Below, piece by piece: positions 50,948 through 60,327 of a DNA stretch of 64,000 nucleotides (within the stretch, counting starts at the first letter, position 1; the number at the start of each line of letters is the position of its first letter). A program made the position numbers and the translations under genes. This DNA is from Pseudomonadota bacterium (lineage in GTDB: Bacteria; Bdellovibrionota; FAC87; UBA2466), in assembly GCA_043718025.1 (NCBI GenBank), contig JAYSWN010000068.1:64001-128000 (forward strand). The letters are read 5' to 3'. The notes under the pieces are model-generated. The model made no database searches, was not told the DNA's origin, and saw nothing but the letters and a program-made list of their open reading frames with translations.

Positions 50948-50982
50948 AACAAGTTTGATTATAATTACGGAGGGGAGAACGA

Positions 50983-52488
50983 ATGGGCTCGACGACAAAA
51001 CCTTCTCTAAAGACACAGCTTTTGGAAGAAATTGATGTCGCTATTCGGGAAGGGCGAAAAGACGATGCGCGCAAATTACTGCGCGCAAATTTTTCGGAGC
51101 GGTCAAAAATACCAAGACCATCGCTCTCCCGAATCGCCAATCTGCTTCGCCGCTCCGACATGCCAATGTCAGCCATCTTTGCGTTGAATCCTGTCGTACG
51201 GCCGAGTTCCCGTTCCCCATCTCAAGCCACCGACGGCGAGAGGCTCGAATACGCAGCTTCGCTCATTAACATTGGGGCGCCGGAGGAGGCGTCAGGGATA
51301 TTAAGCAGCGTGGACGCTTCTAAAAACCCCGATACTTGGCTATTTCGCGCCTTTGCGTCAGTGGCCAAATGGGATTATGCGGGTAGCATCGGTGAGTTGA
51401 AAGCCTATCTCTCGGTAGCTACGCTTGCTCCTTACGCCCAGTTAGTCGGCAGAGCCAACCTCGTGGCCGCGTTGATTGCGGAAGACAAGAACGTCGAGGC
51501 CGATGAAGTGTTAATTCCGCTTTTGGCAGCCACGAGAGAACAAAAGCACGAGTTGCTTCACTCTTCCGCCATGGAGCTTGCCGCGCGTAACGAATTTAGC
51601 CGACAACGATGGGACGCTTTCGACGCGAGATTGGCCGAGATGACCTTGCGGCAATCTTCCTTAGATTCATTTCAACGGTTCATCATCAAAAAGTGGTCAG
51701 TTTTGAAAGGCGTTATTCAAAGCAAGGGCGAGCCCGAAGCACTACTCGCCTTGCAGGAGTTAAGGCAAGAAGCGGAGACAAGGGGGCACTGGGAAACCGT
51801 AAGGGACTGCGATCGCTATTTTGCTACTACACAAAAAAACTTTCCACTTTTTACACATCTCTTTTTTGGCACCGAATCTGCGATCTATAGATCAAAGCTG
51901 CATACCGCATGGACCGGACATCCTAAATTACCGAGCCACTACGAGTGGCATTTGCTTGTGAAAAAGAGTTCACCGGTTCTACGGCTTGAGACCGGAGAAT
52001 GGGCCGGCAAAAGTCACTGCATTAAAATTGGGCAGTTGACCCAGCGAACCTTTCAGGCCTTTTGCAGTGACTTCTATCGGCCGCTTCGATTGGCAAGTTT
52101 GCACTTTCGCCTCTATCCGAAAGAATATTTCAACCCCCACTCTTCGCCCGATCGCGTGCACCGGGCGATTCGATTGTTTCGAGAATGGTGTCGGAGTCAT
52201 AGAGCCCCTTTTCTCATCCAAGAAGCAAATCACAACTATTCATTAGGCACCGCAAAACCCGTTGCCATTGAGGTGGCGTCTCCAGATTTGGTTCGGGACA
52301 ATGTGGGAGCAAAACTCTTGTTGCTGCAAAAAAAAATGGGGGCAGAACAGTTTACGATCGAAGAGGCTACGGCGACGCTAAAAATTTCTCGCAGTGCTTT
52401 GCACCGTCTGTTTCGGGAAGCGATGGCAAAGGGCTCTATTCAACGGCAAGGAAATGGCGCGGCAACGGTGTATAAAATTGCGGCCTAA
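50983..52488 (+). CDS. Putative transcriptional regulator: helical/TPR-like N-terminus plus winged-HTH domain(s)
   Basis: C-terminal FTIEEATATLKISRSALHRLFREAMAKGSIQRQGNGAATVY wHTH; internal OmpR-like segment (LYPKEYFNPHSSPDRVHRAIRLFR); GGAGG RBS. Confidence 0.75.
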   Translation: MGSTTKPSLKTQLLEEIDVAIREGRKDDARKLLRANFSERSKIPRPSLSRIANLLRRSDMPMSAIFALNPVVRPSSRSPSQATDGERLEYAASLINIGAPEEASGILSSVDASKNPDTWLFRAFASVAKWDYAGSIGELKAYLSVATLAPYAQLVGRANLVAALIAEDKNVEADEVLIPLLAATREQKHELLHSSAMELAARNEFSRQRWDAFDARLAEMTLRQSSLDSFQRFIIKKWSVLKGVIQSKGEPEALLALQELRQEAETRGHWETVRDCDRYFATTQKNFPLFTHLFFGTESAIYRSKLHTAWTGHPKLPSHYEWHLLVKKSSPVLRLETGEWAGKSHCIKIGQLTQRTFQAFCSDFYRPLRLASLHFRLYPKEYFNPHSSPDRVHRAIRLFREWCRSHRAPFLIQEANHNYSLGTAKPVAIEVASPDLVRDNVGAKLLLLQKKMGAEQFTIEEATATLKISRSALHRLFREAMAKGSIQRQGNGAATVYKIAA

Positions 52489-52557
52489 TTATGCACGTCC
52501 TGCGGTGGCCGGACAAAAAACTGTATCTATGCGTTCGATTTAAGTGGAGCAGAAACG

Positions 52558-52593
52558 AAAAGAGCCTCTACCGTAACGGAAGAGGCTCTTTTT
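52558..52593. terminator. Probably bidirectional intrinsic terminator
   Basis: AAAAGAGCCTCT-loop-AGAGGCTCTTTTT between convergent genes. Confidence 0.8.
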
Positions 52594-52618
52594 AACAATT
52601 TGAAAGTGGACCTTAAAA

Positions 52619-52948
52619 CTACCAGCGGCCGCGCGTTCTGATAACCGTTCTGCTGTGATAAGAGTGGGTCGGTACTGTGTAGTACGTCTGATAAACAGGG
52701 TACGTGTATAGAATCGGCGTCGGTTGGTAATACACAATCGGAGCCGGTTGATAGTAATAGATAGGAGCTACTGGAACGTAGTAGCCGCCGCCGTATCCGC
52801 CCCCGTAACCACCGCCACCATTTCCTGAATTGATATTGATGGTTCCACTGTTGTTGTTAAAGCTGTTGTTGTATTCCTGCGCGAAACTCGGAGAGCTCAC
52901 GAGAAAACCGACCATAAAGAAACAAGCAAACATAATATTTTTGATCAT
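52619..52948 (-). CDS. Small secreted Asn/Gly/Tyr/Pro-rich low-complexity protein
   Basis: Signal peptide (..SPSFA), GGGYGGGYGGGY, YYQP repeats; AGGAAGGG RBS. Confidence 0.7.
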   Translation of the reverse strand: MIKNIMFACFFMVGFLVSSPSFAQEYNNSFNNNSGTININSGNGGGGYGGGYGGGYYVPVAPIYYYQPAPIVYYQPTPILYTYPVYQTYYTVPTHSYHSRTVIRTRGRW

Positions 52949-53014
52949 TTAAATTCCCTTCCTTTGACTCAGCGTATAATTGTCATAAGCTTTTTTTCTT
53001 GGCAAGAGGCTAAA

Positions 53015-54085
53015 TTGAAAAATCGACTCAACAAAGCAGTATTTATCGCGTTGGCGCTTGGAACTTTTTTTCTATTCTATCGACGTAACCAAAGTGAAAC
53101 TGTGGACGAGAAGTTGTCCACAGTTTCGTCCGCCCCTTTGGCCAAAACCGATCGGGTGCAGGCTTTGATTCGATTGCCGCGCGCTACACCAAAACCGGTG
53201 GAAACGGCCGCGCTCGTCAAGGCCGACCCCATTTCACCCGAGTGCCGAACGCAGTGGAAACTGCTTAATGATTTAAACCTACAAAGGTATCTCGATAACC
53301 CCGAGTCGCTACCGGCTGAGCTTGCCGTTAATAAACAGTGCAACAACCTCCCAAAGAGTTTCGCCACACCAACCGAGATGCTTAAGAACGGTTGCAAGCC
53401 CGGCGATGCCTCGGCCCCTTTGAAGTCGCGCGAATTGCAGCACCAGACCTGCTACCAGGCTCTGGTGATTTATCGCGCCATGATTGCTGACTTTGATAGT
53501 CAGAATCTATCAGCGGATCAGATAAGCGATCCGCGTCTGCTCTCCGACAAACTCATAGCCAATCTATTTAAGAACCTGACCGACGGCCTTCCTTATGCCG
53601 AGCGTCTTTTGGTGATTGAGCCAAATTTCGCACCCGCCGCCAAGATTGCCGCCGTGTTGCAGTTGGTTTCTGCCGATACAAAAACGGGAATTGGCACTAT
53701 GGAAACCGCAAAAAGTTCGTTGGAGAGAGCCGAACGACTGGATAATTCTGACCCAAGATTCTATTCAATGCTTCGTGATTCGGTGGAGATGGCGGCGGCT
53801 GATTCAGTCGCTATGCAGATTGAAGTGGCAAAGAAACAGGCTCACGCGCAGGAGGGCACGGCCAACGCGGCCTTTCTTTCTTCATTCGTGGCTTTTAAAG
53901 AAGGGCGATTGGCAGAGGCCTCTCAGCGGTTAGCCGACGCTCTTCGAGCTGACCCAAATAATATTGATTATCAGGCGACACAAAAAGAGCTGCAGGAGCT
54001 GATAGAAAAGCGGGTTAAAAACCCTGCTGAGCAAAGGATATATAGCCATTCTTATCCTTTGGACATCACCAAGCTAATTCCATGA
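53015..54085 (+). CDS. Hypothetical membrane-anchored protein with TPR-like C-terminus
   Basis: N-terminal TM, four Cys, ALRADPNN TPR-like helix; TTG 53015 with AGAGG RBS. Confidence 0.7.
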   Translation: MKNRLNKAVFIALALGTFFLFYRRNQSETVDEKLSTVSSAPLAKTDRVQALIRLPRATPKPVETAALVKADPISPECRTQWKLLNDLNLQRYLDNPESLPAELAVNKQCNNLPKSFATPTEMLKNGCKPGDASAPLKSRELQHQTCYQALVIYRAMIADFDSQNLSADQISDPRLLSDKLIANLFKNLTDGLPYAERLLVIEPNFAPAAKIAAVLQLVSADTKTGIGTMETAKSSLERAERLDNSDPRFYSMLRDSVEMAAADSVAMQIEVAKKQAHAQEGTANAAFLSSFVAFKEGRLAEASQRLADALRADPNNIDYQATQKELQELIEKRVKNPAEQRIYSHSYPLDITKLIP

Positions 54086-54119
54086 GAAAGAGCCTTAAGA
54101 AAAGGGCGCTGAGGTTAAC

Positions 54120-54914
54120 CTACGGTTTCTTCGTATAGGTGATAGCCCCAGATTTCGAAGTTGCGACCTCGCTGTCAGCCTTTGGGTTTTCAAAAAAAAT
54201 GGAACCGTTGTTCGTGGCGGCCTCAACTAGAGTGCCATGCTGATTCACCACCCGGATCTCGCCGTTATTCACCTTGGCGCTAATCGTGCCCAAACCATTT
54301 TCTGCAACAATGTCGCCGTTGGAGGTCGTCAACGAAAGAGGCCCTTCAAAATCGACTACTCTAAGCGTGCCGTTGGCGGCTTGAATTTTTCCTCCCCCCA
54401 TTGCGGTAAGCCCGTTGGTCATGATGTCACCGTTACTGGTCGTTGCCGTTAAAACTCGCCCCTCGGCTAGACTCCCCGCAAATCGCCCCAAAATAGAAAT
54501 TTCGCCATTTTGAGTGGTGATGGACAGATTTTTTAAAAGGCGCTGAGGAATTGCGATTTCCAACTTTACAGAACGAGCCGGTGGTAAGGCGTCACCGGGG
54601 CCGAGCACGATAATGTCATTCGTGGCCGTCTTTGGGGGGTAAAGCACCTTAATGCTGGCTTCTTCAGTGCCAAAGCCCTCTACCGCGACGCTAAATTTAT
54701 CTTTATGCTTTGTGGTGGCCCTAACTTCCACTTTATCGGTGGTGGACTCCCGTATTTCGCATGGGCCATCTCTGTTTTCCAGAGCGAGCGAAAAGATCTG
54801 CTTCTCTACAAAACTGTGTTCCAGCGGTTTCTGTGCTTCAACCTCAAGGATTTGGGCAAACACAGAAGAGGTTAGTACTGAAAGTGACCACAGGATGATT
54901 CGTTTAGTGTTCAT
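54120..54914 (-). CDS. DUF4097-type beta-strand repeat (putative adhesin) protein
   Basis: Signal peptide; repeats TTQNGEI, TTSNGDI (twice), VNNGEI, TNNGSI. Confidence 0.78.
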   Translation of the reverse strand: MNTKRIILWSLSVLTSSVFAQILEVEAQKPLEHSFVEKQIFSLALENRDGPCEIRESTTDKVEVRATTKHKDKFSVAVEGFGTEEASIKVLYPPKTATNDIIVLGPGDALPPARSVKLEIAIPQRLLKNLSITTQNGEISILGRFAGSLAEGRVLTATTSNGDIMTNGLTAMGGGKIQAANGTLRVVDFEGPLSLTTSNGDIVAENGLGTISAKVNNGEIRVVNQHGTLVEAATNNGSIFFENPKADSEVATSKSGAITYTKKP

Positions 54915-55136
54915 AACGAACCGGCATAGCAAGAAAAGGGCGCATAACCAATGACTATCAGCATTATTTTTAAATAATGGGTCTGCCGTGGACAAATCTG
55001 AAGATAAGGCATTTAACGCGAGACCGTTTCTTTTCTTACCCTTTATTTGTAAGTTTTTCCTGATTTGTCATCAGCCCGACTCGCTAGCTACTTTTTTCCA
55101 ATCTTTAAGAGTAAAATTTCTGCCGGAGGTGGTGAG

Positions 55137-56420
55137 GTGATAGGGCAATCGTGGGGGCGGCGTTCGCGCCTACCGCAAAAACTGCTCCCTATTTATTGGC
55201 GTGACGAAGATTGGTTTCGTGACGTGGCTTTGCCAAAGCGCCTTCCGCGCGGAGCTGGTCGTTCTTACGGCGACCTTTGTCTAAACACTCAAGGGATATT
55301 GTTACAAACCCAGGGGCTTAACCGTTTCCTCCACTTTGATGAAGAACGCGGTACGATCACCTGCGGCGCCGGTCTTACCATCGGTGAAGTTCTTGCGGTT
55401 ACCATGCCGCGGGGGTTTTCGTTCTTCACTTGTCCCAACTCAATCGGTATCACGGTGGGCGGGGCCGTCGCTGCTGACGCTCACGGCAGAAATCATTACT
55501 CTCAGGGCTCTTTTGGAAACCATATTGAATCATTCGAATTAGTTCGCACTCATCAAGGCTCTGTTGTCTGTTCGGCAGAGGAGAATTCTGAACTGTTTCA
55601 CGCGACGATAGGTGGTCTGGGACTGACTGGAGTCATCACGTGGGTAAAGATTCGTTTAAAACCAATTGCTTCAGACTACGTGGAAGGCGAGAAAAAAAAG
55701 GTAGAGAGCATCCACGATGGGATACGCCTGCTTTCTGAATGGCACGAGAAATATGAGTACGTTTGTTTGTGGTGGGATCTCTACTCGAAAAGTCGCGGGG
55801 TACTAGTAGGGGCGAACCATGCCGCGAGAAAAAGTGTTGAAGCTACGGGGCGATTTTATTCGCGTCTCTCGGTACCTTTTGATTTTCCACGTTTTTTGAT
55901 CAATCGGCGATCGATGAAACTCTTCAACAAGGCTTACTATTTATTCAAACGAGACGCTTTGTTTCGACGGCCGCTGAAGAACTACCTCTTTACTCTTGAC
56001 CAGCTAAAAAACTGGAACCGACTGTTTGGTCGTCATGGTTTCATGCATTTCCACTTTGTGATTCCGCGAAGAAACGAGAACCAAGTGCCAGAGATTCTCG
56101 AGCAGATGCGCGCTGATGGAGAAACCCCTGCTCTGTGTATTATCAAACGTTTTGGTGAGGTTCCCGCACGGGGCGCATTGTCTTTTCCTATCCCGGGCAT
56201 CATGGTGGCCACCGATTTTAAATTTTGCGGTCAACGAACCGTCGCGGCCTTTCGGCGTTGGGAAAAAAGTGTCATCGCTTTGGGGGGGCGCCTCTATTTA
56301 GCTAAAGATTTAGTACTTACTCCCGACGGGTTTAAAACCAGCTACCCAAACTGGAATTCCTTTGCCACCTTTAAAGATCCACTTTTTTCTTCAGATCTTT
56401 GGGAGAGGCTAATGCCGTGA
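55137..56420 (+). CDS. DprE1-like FAD-binding oxidoreductase (polyprenylphosphoryl-ribose 2'-oxidase family)
   Basis: RGAGRSYGD, TVGGAVAADAHGRNH, GGLGLTG, KRFG, LSFP, GGRLYLAKD, FSSDLWERL. Confidence 0.85.
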   Translation: MIGQSWGRRSRLPQKLLPIYWRDEDWFRDVALPKRLPRGAGRSYGDLCLNTQGILLQTQGLNRFLHFDEERGTITCGAGLTIGEVLAVTMPRGFSFFTCPNSIGITVGGAVAADAHGRNHYSQGSFGNHIESFELVRTHQGSVVCSAEENSELFHATIGGLGLTGVITWVKIRLKPIASDYVEGEKKKVESIHDGIRLLSEWHEKYEYVCLWWDLYSKSRGVLVGANHAARKSVEATGRFYSRLSVPFDFPRFLINRRSMKLFNKAYYLFKRDALFRRPLKNYLFTLDQLKNWNRLFGRHGFMHFHFVIPRRNENQVPEILEQMRADGETPALCIIKRFGEVPARGALSFPIPGIMVATDFKFCGQRTVAAFRRWEKSVIALGGRLYLAKDLVLTPDGFKTSYPNWNSFATFKDPLFSSDLWERLMP

Positions 56421-57121
56421 AAGCAAAAAACGCTCTAGTTTTCGGCGCCAGTTCACAAATCGCCCTCGAACTTTGTCATGAGTTGGCTAGGGGCGGAACC
56501 CGGTTAACAATGATTGCCCGAAGCGCAATGCGCCTAGAAGAGATTGCTAATGATTTGAGAATTCGTTACGGGGCATTGGTCCAATGGCAGCCCGAAAGCG
56601 ACGAGGCGCTAGGTCAAGGCTTAGAGCGGCTAGATGCTTTTGACCTAGTTGTTGTGGCGTACGGCGTGTTGGAAGGGCCTTTGGCGACTTTGATCGAAAC
56701 TAACCTGACCAAAGTTGTTTTGCTTCTTTCGCAAATTGTCGCTCAGGCCGATTCTGAGAGACCACTTTCGATTCTGGTGTTTAGTTCTATAGCGGCCGAC
56801 CGTCCCAAGGAAAGAAATCTGGCTTACGGTGCGGCGAAGGCCGGGCTAGATTTTTACTTAGCGGGCGTGAGAGAGCAATGTCGGGCTACAAAAATTAAGA
56901 TCATAACGGTGAAACCTGGGGACACTTTCAGCCCAATGACTCGCGGACGAAACCTTATCTTTCCTTCAAATGCCACCGACGTGGCACGTTCTTTAATTGA
57001 CCGATTCCCGCTGTCTCCCGGTACTGTTTATTCGCCCCGGTTTTGGGGACCGATCATGACCGCAGTGCGAATGATGCCAAGGTGGTTATTTCGTATTACG
57101 GAAAGGTTTCGCCGGATTTAG
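56417..57121 (+). CDS. DprE2-like short-chain dehydrogenase/reductase
   Basis: GASSQIA, SSIAADR, YGAAKAGL, VKPG..SPMT; overlaps the stop of the DprE1-like gene. Confidence 0.82.
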   Translation: MKAKNALVFGASSQIALELCHELARGGTRLTMIARSAMRLEEIANDLRIRYGALVQWQPESDEALGQGLERLDAFDLVVVAYGVLEGPLATLIETNLTKVVLLLSQIVAQADSERPLSILVFSSIAADRPKERNLAYGAAKAGLDFYLAGVREQCRATKIKIITVKPGDTFSPMTRGRNLIFPSNATDVARSLIDRFPLSPGTVYSPRFWGPIMTAVRMMPRWLFRITERFRRI

Positions 57122-58626
57122 TACAATTTGAATTCCTCGCAACCCGCCTGTCGTGGGGCGAAAAGGCTTAAGGATTCGGTCGTTGGCTTGCAGCCGTACT
57201 TCGTTAATTCGACTTCCCACTTGGGCCACGATGAAACGGGTGATTTGAAATGGGTTACCACCAGATCGAATTCATGAAAGTTTTTGACTTGGTCTGCAGT
57301 TAGCTCATCTTTCGTGCTTAGGGCCCACGTAGAAATAGACGCGTTTTTCTTTTTTAAAGTCAAATTGTGTGGAAAATTCTGGGTTTTAGTACGCTTAGAG
57401 TCCAACTGGTAACCTTGCTTTAATGCGAGCCATTTTATTTGCTCTAATATTATCCAGTCTTCGATCACGAATCCAACCCTCTTTCCGCTCCCGAGCGAGC
57501 TCATTTTGGAGTTCATGAGTGTTTCTCGGTAAAGGTACCCCTCCTTTAGTCCTCGCCAAAAAAGTGGAGCGATACTAATTGAGGATATGAACCGTGCCCC
57601 GTCGTGTGAATAGAAAACCGAGTTGGCTCGCGGTAAAATATACTGCGCGCAGAAGCAGAATACGGCCGCGGCGGTGAGAACTACGCGAAACCAACCCTTC
57701 TGTTGCGTGAGGTAGCGCAAACCTTGCAATGCAAGTAACGCGAGAAAGGGGATCGCATACAGAAAATATTTGGGGGTAGTATAAGTGGGGAAATAAGCGG
57801 CCGCGATTGGTACGAATGCCAGCAAAACAAGAAACAGAATGCGCCGTTCTTCCGGTTTGATTCGCGATGCAAACACACCTAAACAAAGAGAAAAGGAAAT
57901 TAGCCAAGTAAAAACCGAAGCAAGGGATTGTTGAGCTAAAGTCCAATGCAAAAAACCATTTCGATGATGTATTTGGTACTCATTAGACATATTCAATAGA
58001 AATGCGGGGTTTCCCATCGAAAATAAGAGAAGAAGCAGAAAAGTGCCCGCCGCAAGAGGTACATCGTCTCTCGAAATTTTTCCCCAGGCTATAGCAATAA
58101 ACAAGATCGCCGGGGCCAGCAACACGGCATCGATACGAATCCAAATCGCAATCGCTAGAATCAAGGCGGCCAACAGATTAAGGTACCGCTGGGCATACGA
58201 TGCCAGCAACGCTGACGATAGGATAAAAGGTGCCGCCAGCATGTTTGAATTGGCGTAGTAGCCAGATACATAGACTTCTTGAAAGAGGAGCAGCACCAGA
58301 CCGCATTCGGCCCAAGGCCTTTTTGTAAGTCTAGCGATGAAGGTGGCGGCGACAAAAATGAAGGCTACACAAGCCAGTGCCGTGAGCGCTCCGTACACCG
58401 TCAAAATATTTTGCCCCGTCATTTTAGAGAAGACTTTAAGAAGGACGTAGGTGCCGCGAAGATTTTTGGCCTGGTAGCCAACATCGATTCCGATTTGGCC
58501 GGTCATTTGCATTTGGGCGGCGTTCGCTACGGCAAGATCATCGCCCTCCACCGCCACCAGTGGGTAGAATCCAAGGACAATGTAGGCCAGTAAAACGATA
58601 AATAGCACTGGCGCCAATCGCTTCAT
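57118..58626 (-). CDS. Multi-pass membrane protein, GT-C glycosyltransferase-like
   Basis: About 11-12 TM helices; acidic EGDD in the first external loop; TPKYFL motif; soluble C-terminal domain. Confidence 0.6.
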   Translation of the reverse strand: MKRLAPVLFIVLLAYIVLGFYPLVAVEGDDLAVANAAQMQMTGQIGIDVGYQAKNLRGTYVLLKVFSKMTGQNILTVYGALTALACVAFIFVAATFIARLTKRPWAECGLVLLLFQEVYVSGYYANSNMLAAPFILSSALLASYAQRYLNLLAALILAIAIWIRIDAVLLAPAILFIAIAWGKISRDDVPLAAGTFLLLLLFSMGNPAFLLNMSNEYQIHHRNGFLHWTLAQQSLASVFTWLISFSLCLGVFASRIKPEERRILFLVLLAFVPIAAAYFPTYTTPKYFLYAIPFLALLALQGLRYLTQQKGWFRVVLTAAAVFCFCAQYILPRANSVFYSHDGARFISSISIAPLFWRGLKEGYLYRETLMNSKMSSLGSGKRVGFVIEDWIILEQIKWLALKQGYQLDSKRTKTQNFPHNLTLKKKNASISTWALSTKDELTADQVKNFHEFDLVVTHFKSPVSSWPKWEVELTKYGCKPTTESLSLFAPRQAGCEEFKLY

Positions 58627-58745
58627 GGACTAAGAGTAACACGGCCTAATATAAATTCACCGGTCGTCAGACTGGGCTTGGCGCAACTTTAGCGGTTCGT
58701 GAGCGGTGAGGGTGGCGTTTGCGTTGAAACCATTAATGGCTGTTT

Positions 58746-59051
58746 TCAGTTTTGCCCAGGGATTTGAAATAGGTTTCCTGCCTTTTCCACCGGCGACGCG
58801 CTTTTTAAATCAGTCTTGGCCGAAGTCTCCCGCTGGTTAATGTGGGCCTGGCAGGGTTGCGAGAGATCTTTACCGTGGTCGTGCAGGCACTTATGAACGG
58901 CGGTCTTCGCGCTGTCTCCGCAATGAGTTTTAACGTCTATTTGGCAGGCCTCGGCCACCGGAGCGGCCGGCAAATTGAGAGTTGGTTTCTTCTCGGCGGC
59001 CAGTGCCGTGGTGGCTAGAAGGCAAACGGTAAATGCAAAACGAATCATCAC
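58746..59051 (-). CDS. Small secreted cysteine-rich repeat protein
   Basis: Signal peptide; ACQIDVKTHC...KCL...LSQPC four-Cys pattern. Confidence 0.72.
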   Translation of the reverse strand: MMIRFAFTVCLLATTALAAEKKPTLNLPAAPVAEACQIDVKTHCGDSAKTAVHKCLHDHGKDLSQPCQAHINQRETSAKTDLKSASPVEKAGNLFQIPGQN

Positions 59052-59121
59052 TACCCCCTCAAAGGAGACATCCTACTTTCTGCTAGAATAGAGGGCAACT
59101 TTTTCGGTGGGGGATGACACT

Positions 59122-60324
59122 GTGCGCTGCTTACTAATTGGGGTTTTGATTCTGGGGCTGGAATCGACGGTTTTCGCTTACGACGCCAAGCAGGTGGTTT
59201 TGGTAGACGTTTCTATCGAAAACGCGGTGTTCGAAAGCAACACTCGAGATCGCAAGCGATGGGAAGTAGAAGTTCGCGACCAATTACACTTTTTAGTTTC
59301 ACAGTTGCGTCCCTACCGTGCCACCCCGGCTCTATTTCACACGCTTTCAATAGAAATAAAAAAAGTTGCGAAGGGCAATCACGCTACGAATCGCGTCGAG
59401 TACTCAGCAAAACTACTAGCGAGCTGGCGGCGAGACCAAGGTTTTCCGGTCAGCCTATCTGTGGTGCTTCCGCTACGTGCCGACGCCGAAGGTTTATCGG
59501 CTTTTGAGAAAAATTATGGGGAACTGTGCGGACACGCGCCACTTTGGTATTACTACACTCCCACGAAACCCGGTTGTGTCCTTGCCAATCAAACTCCCGA
59601 TGACGCGCAGCGCATCGTCATTGATGCCAATGTCTCCGAAGTGAATACTTCGGGAAAGTACCCAGAGTACGAAAAAATTTGGGAAGACGGCCGACTGGTC
59701 ATCACCCACGTTATGGGGAATACCAAAGCGCGCTCAAATGGTGAAGCCGCCGACGATGAACTTCACCGGAACATTGCCCAAGAATATTCAAACGTAAGGC
59801 ACACCGAAACCGATAACTTTAGCCACGTGACTCAGACCAGCACCTTTTACACGGGGGCGGGCCAAGTTCAGCTTAGGACCATGCGCATTCTTGACGGCAA
59901 TGTGCAGGGGGTGAATGAAAAATTTAGAAATCAGTTTACGGATTATCAAAAAGATTCCGACGTGATCAGCTACAACGGCCACGCGGGTCTTGGAGAAAAC
60001 GTGCGGGCATTTTTGCGGATGGTTAGACCCGCGCCAGGGAAATATTCGATTTTGTGGATCAATGCCTGTGTGCCGTTTGCCTACTTTGATGACTCAGCCA
60101 TCGACGCCTTTAAAATCGCCAATCCTGGGGTAGCCTGGTCAAAATATTTAGATATGCTCATCGTTAGTGAAGTGGGCACTTTTGCCGAAGTAAAAGACAT
60201 TCAGGACTTGATCCGAACGCTGCCTACGAAGGCGCTACGATTTACCGAGTTGACCCCGAGCATGATGAACTACGCCCCGGTGGTAATCGGCGAAGAGGAC
60301 AACGCTTGGCCTAAACCGTTTTAA
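59122..60324 (+). CDS. Secreted hypothetical protein with possible clan CD-like His/Cys dyad
   Basis: Signal peptide MRCLLIGVLILGLESTVFA; DVISYNGHAG and ILWINAC. Confidence 0.7.
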   Translation: MRCLLIGVLILGLESTVFAYDAKQVVLVDVSIENAVFESNTRDRKRWEVEVRDQLHFLVSQLRPYRATPALFHTLSIEIKKVAKGNHATNRVEYSAKLLASWRRDQGFPVSLSVVLPLRADAEGLSAFEKNYGELCGHAPLWYYYTPTKPGCVLANQTPDDAQRIVIDANVSEVNTSGKYPEYEKIWEDGRLVITHVMGNTKARSNGEAADDELHRNIAQEYSNVRHTETDNFSHVTQTSTFYTGAGQVQLRTMRILDGNVQGVNEKFRNQFTDYQKDSDVISYNGHAGLGENVRAFLRMVRPAPGKYSILWINACVPFAYFDDSAIDAFKIANPGVAWSKYLDMLIVSEVGTFAEVKDIQDLIRTLPTKALRFTELTPSMMNYAPVVIGEEDNAWPKPF

Positions 60325-60327
60325 AAG

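Noticed and set aside
50781..51176. 131-aa minus-strand ORF across the divergent promoter region
   Set aside because: It overlaps the regulator antisense and spans clear promoter elements; no protein features
45403..52556. Prophage, transposon or diversity-generating retroelement
   Set aside because: No integrase, transposase, reverse transcriptase, phage structural gene or TR/VR pair seen
58678..58695. sigma54-like TTGGCGCAACTTTAGC
   Set aside because: It points antisense into the 58746-59051 gene with no suitable downstream gene, and the -12 is weak
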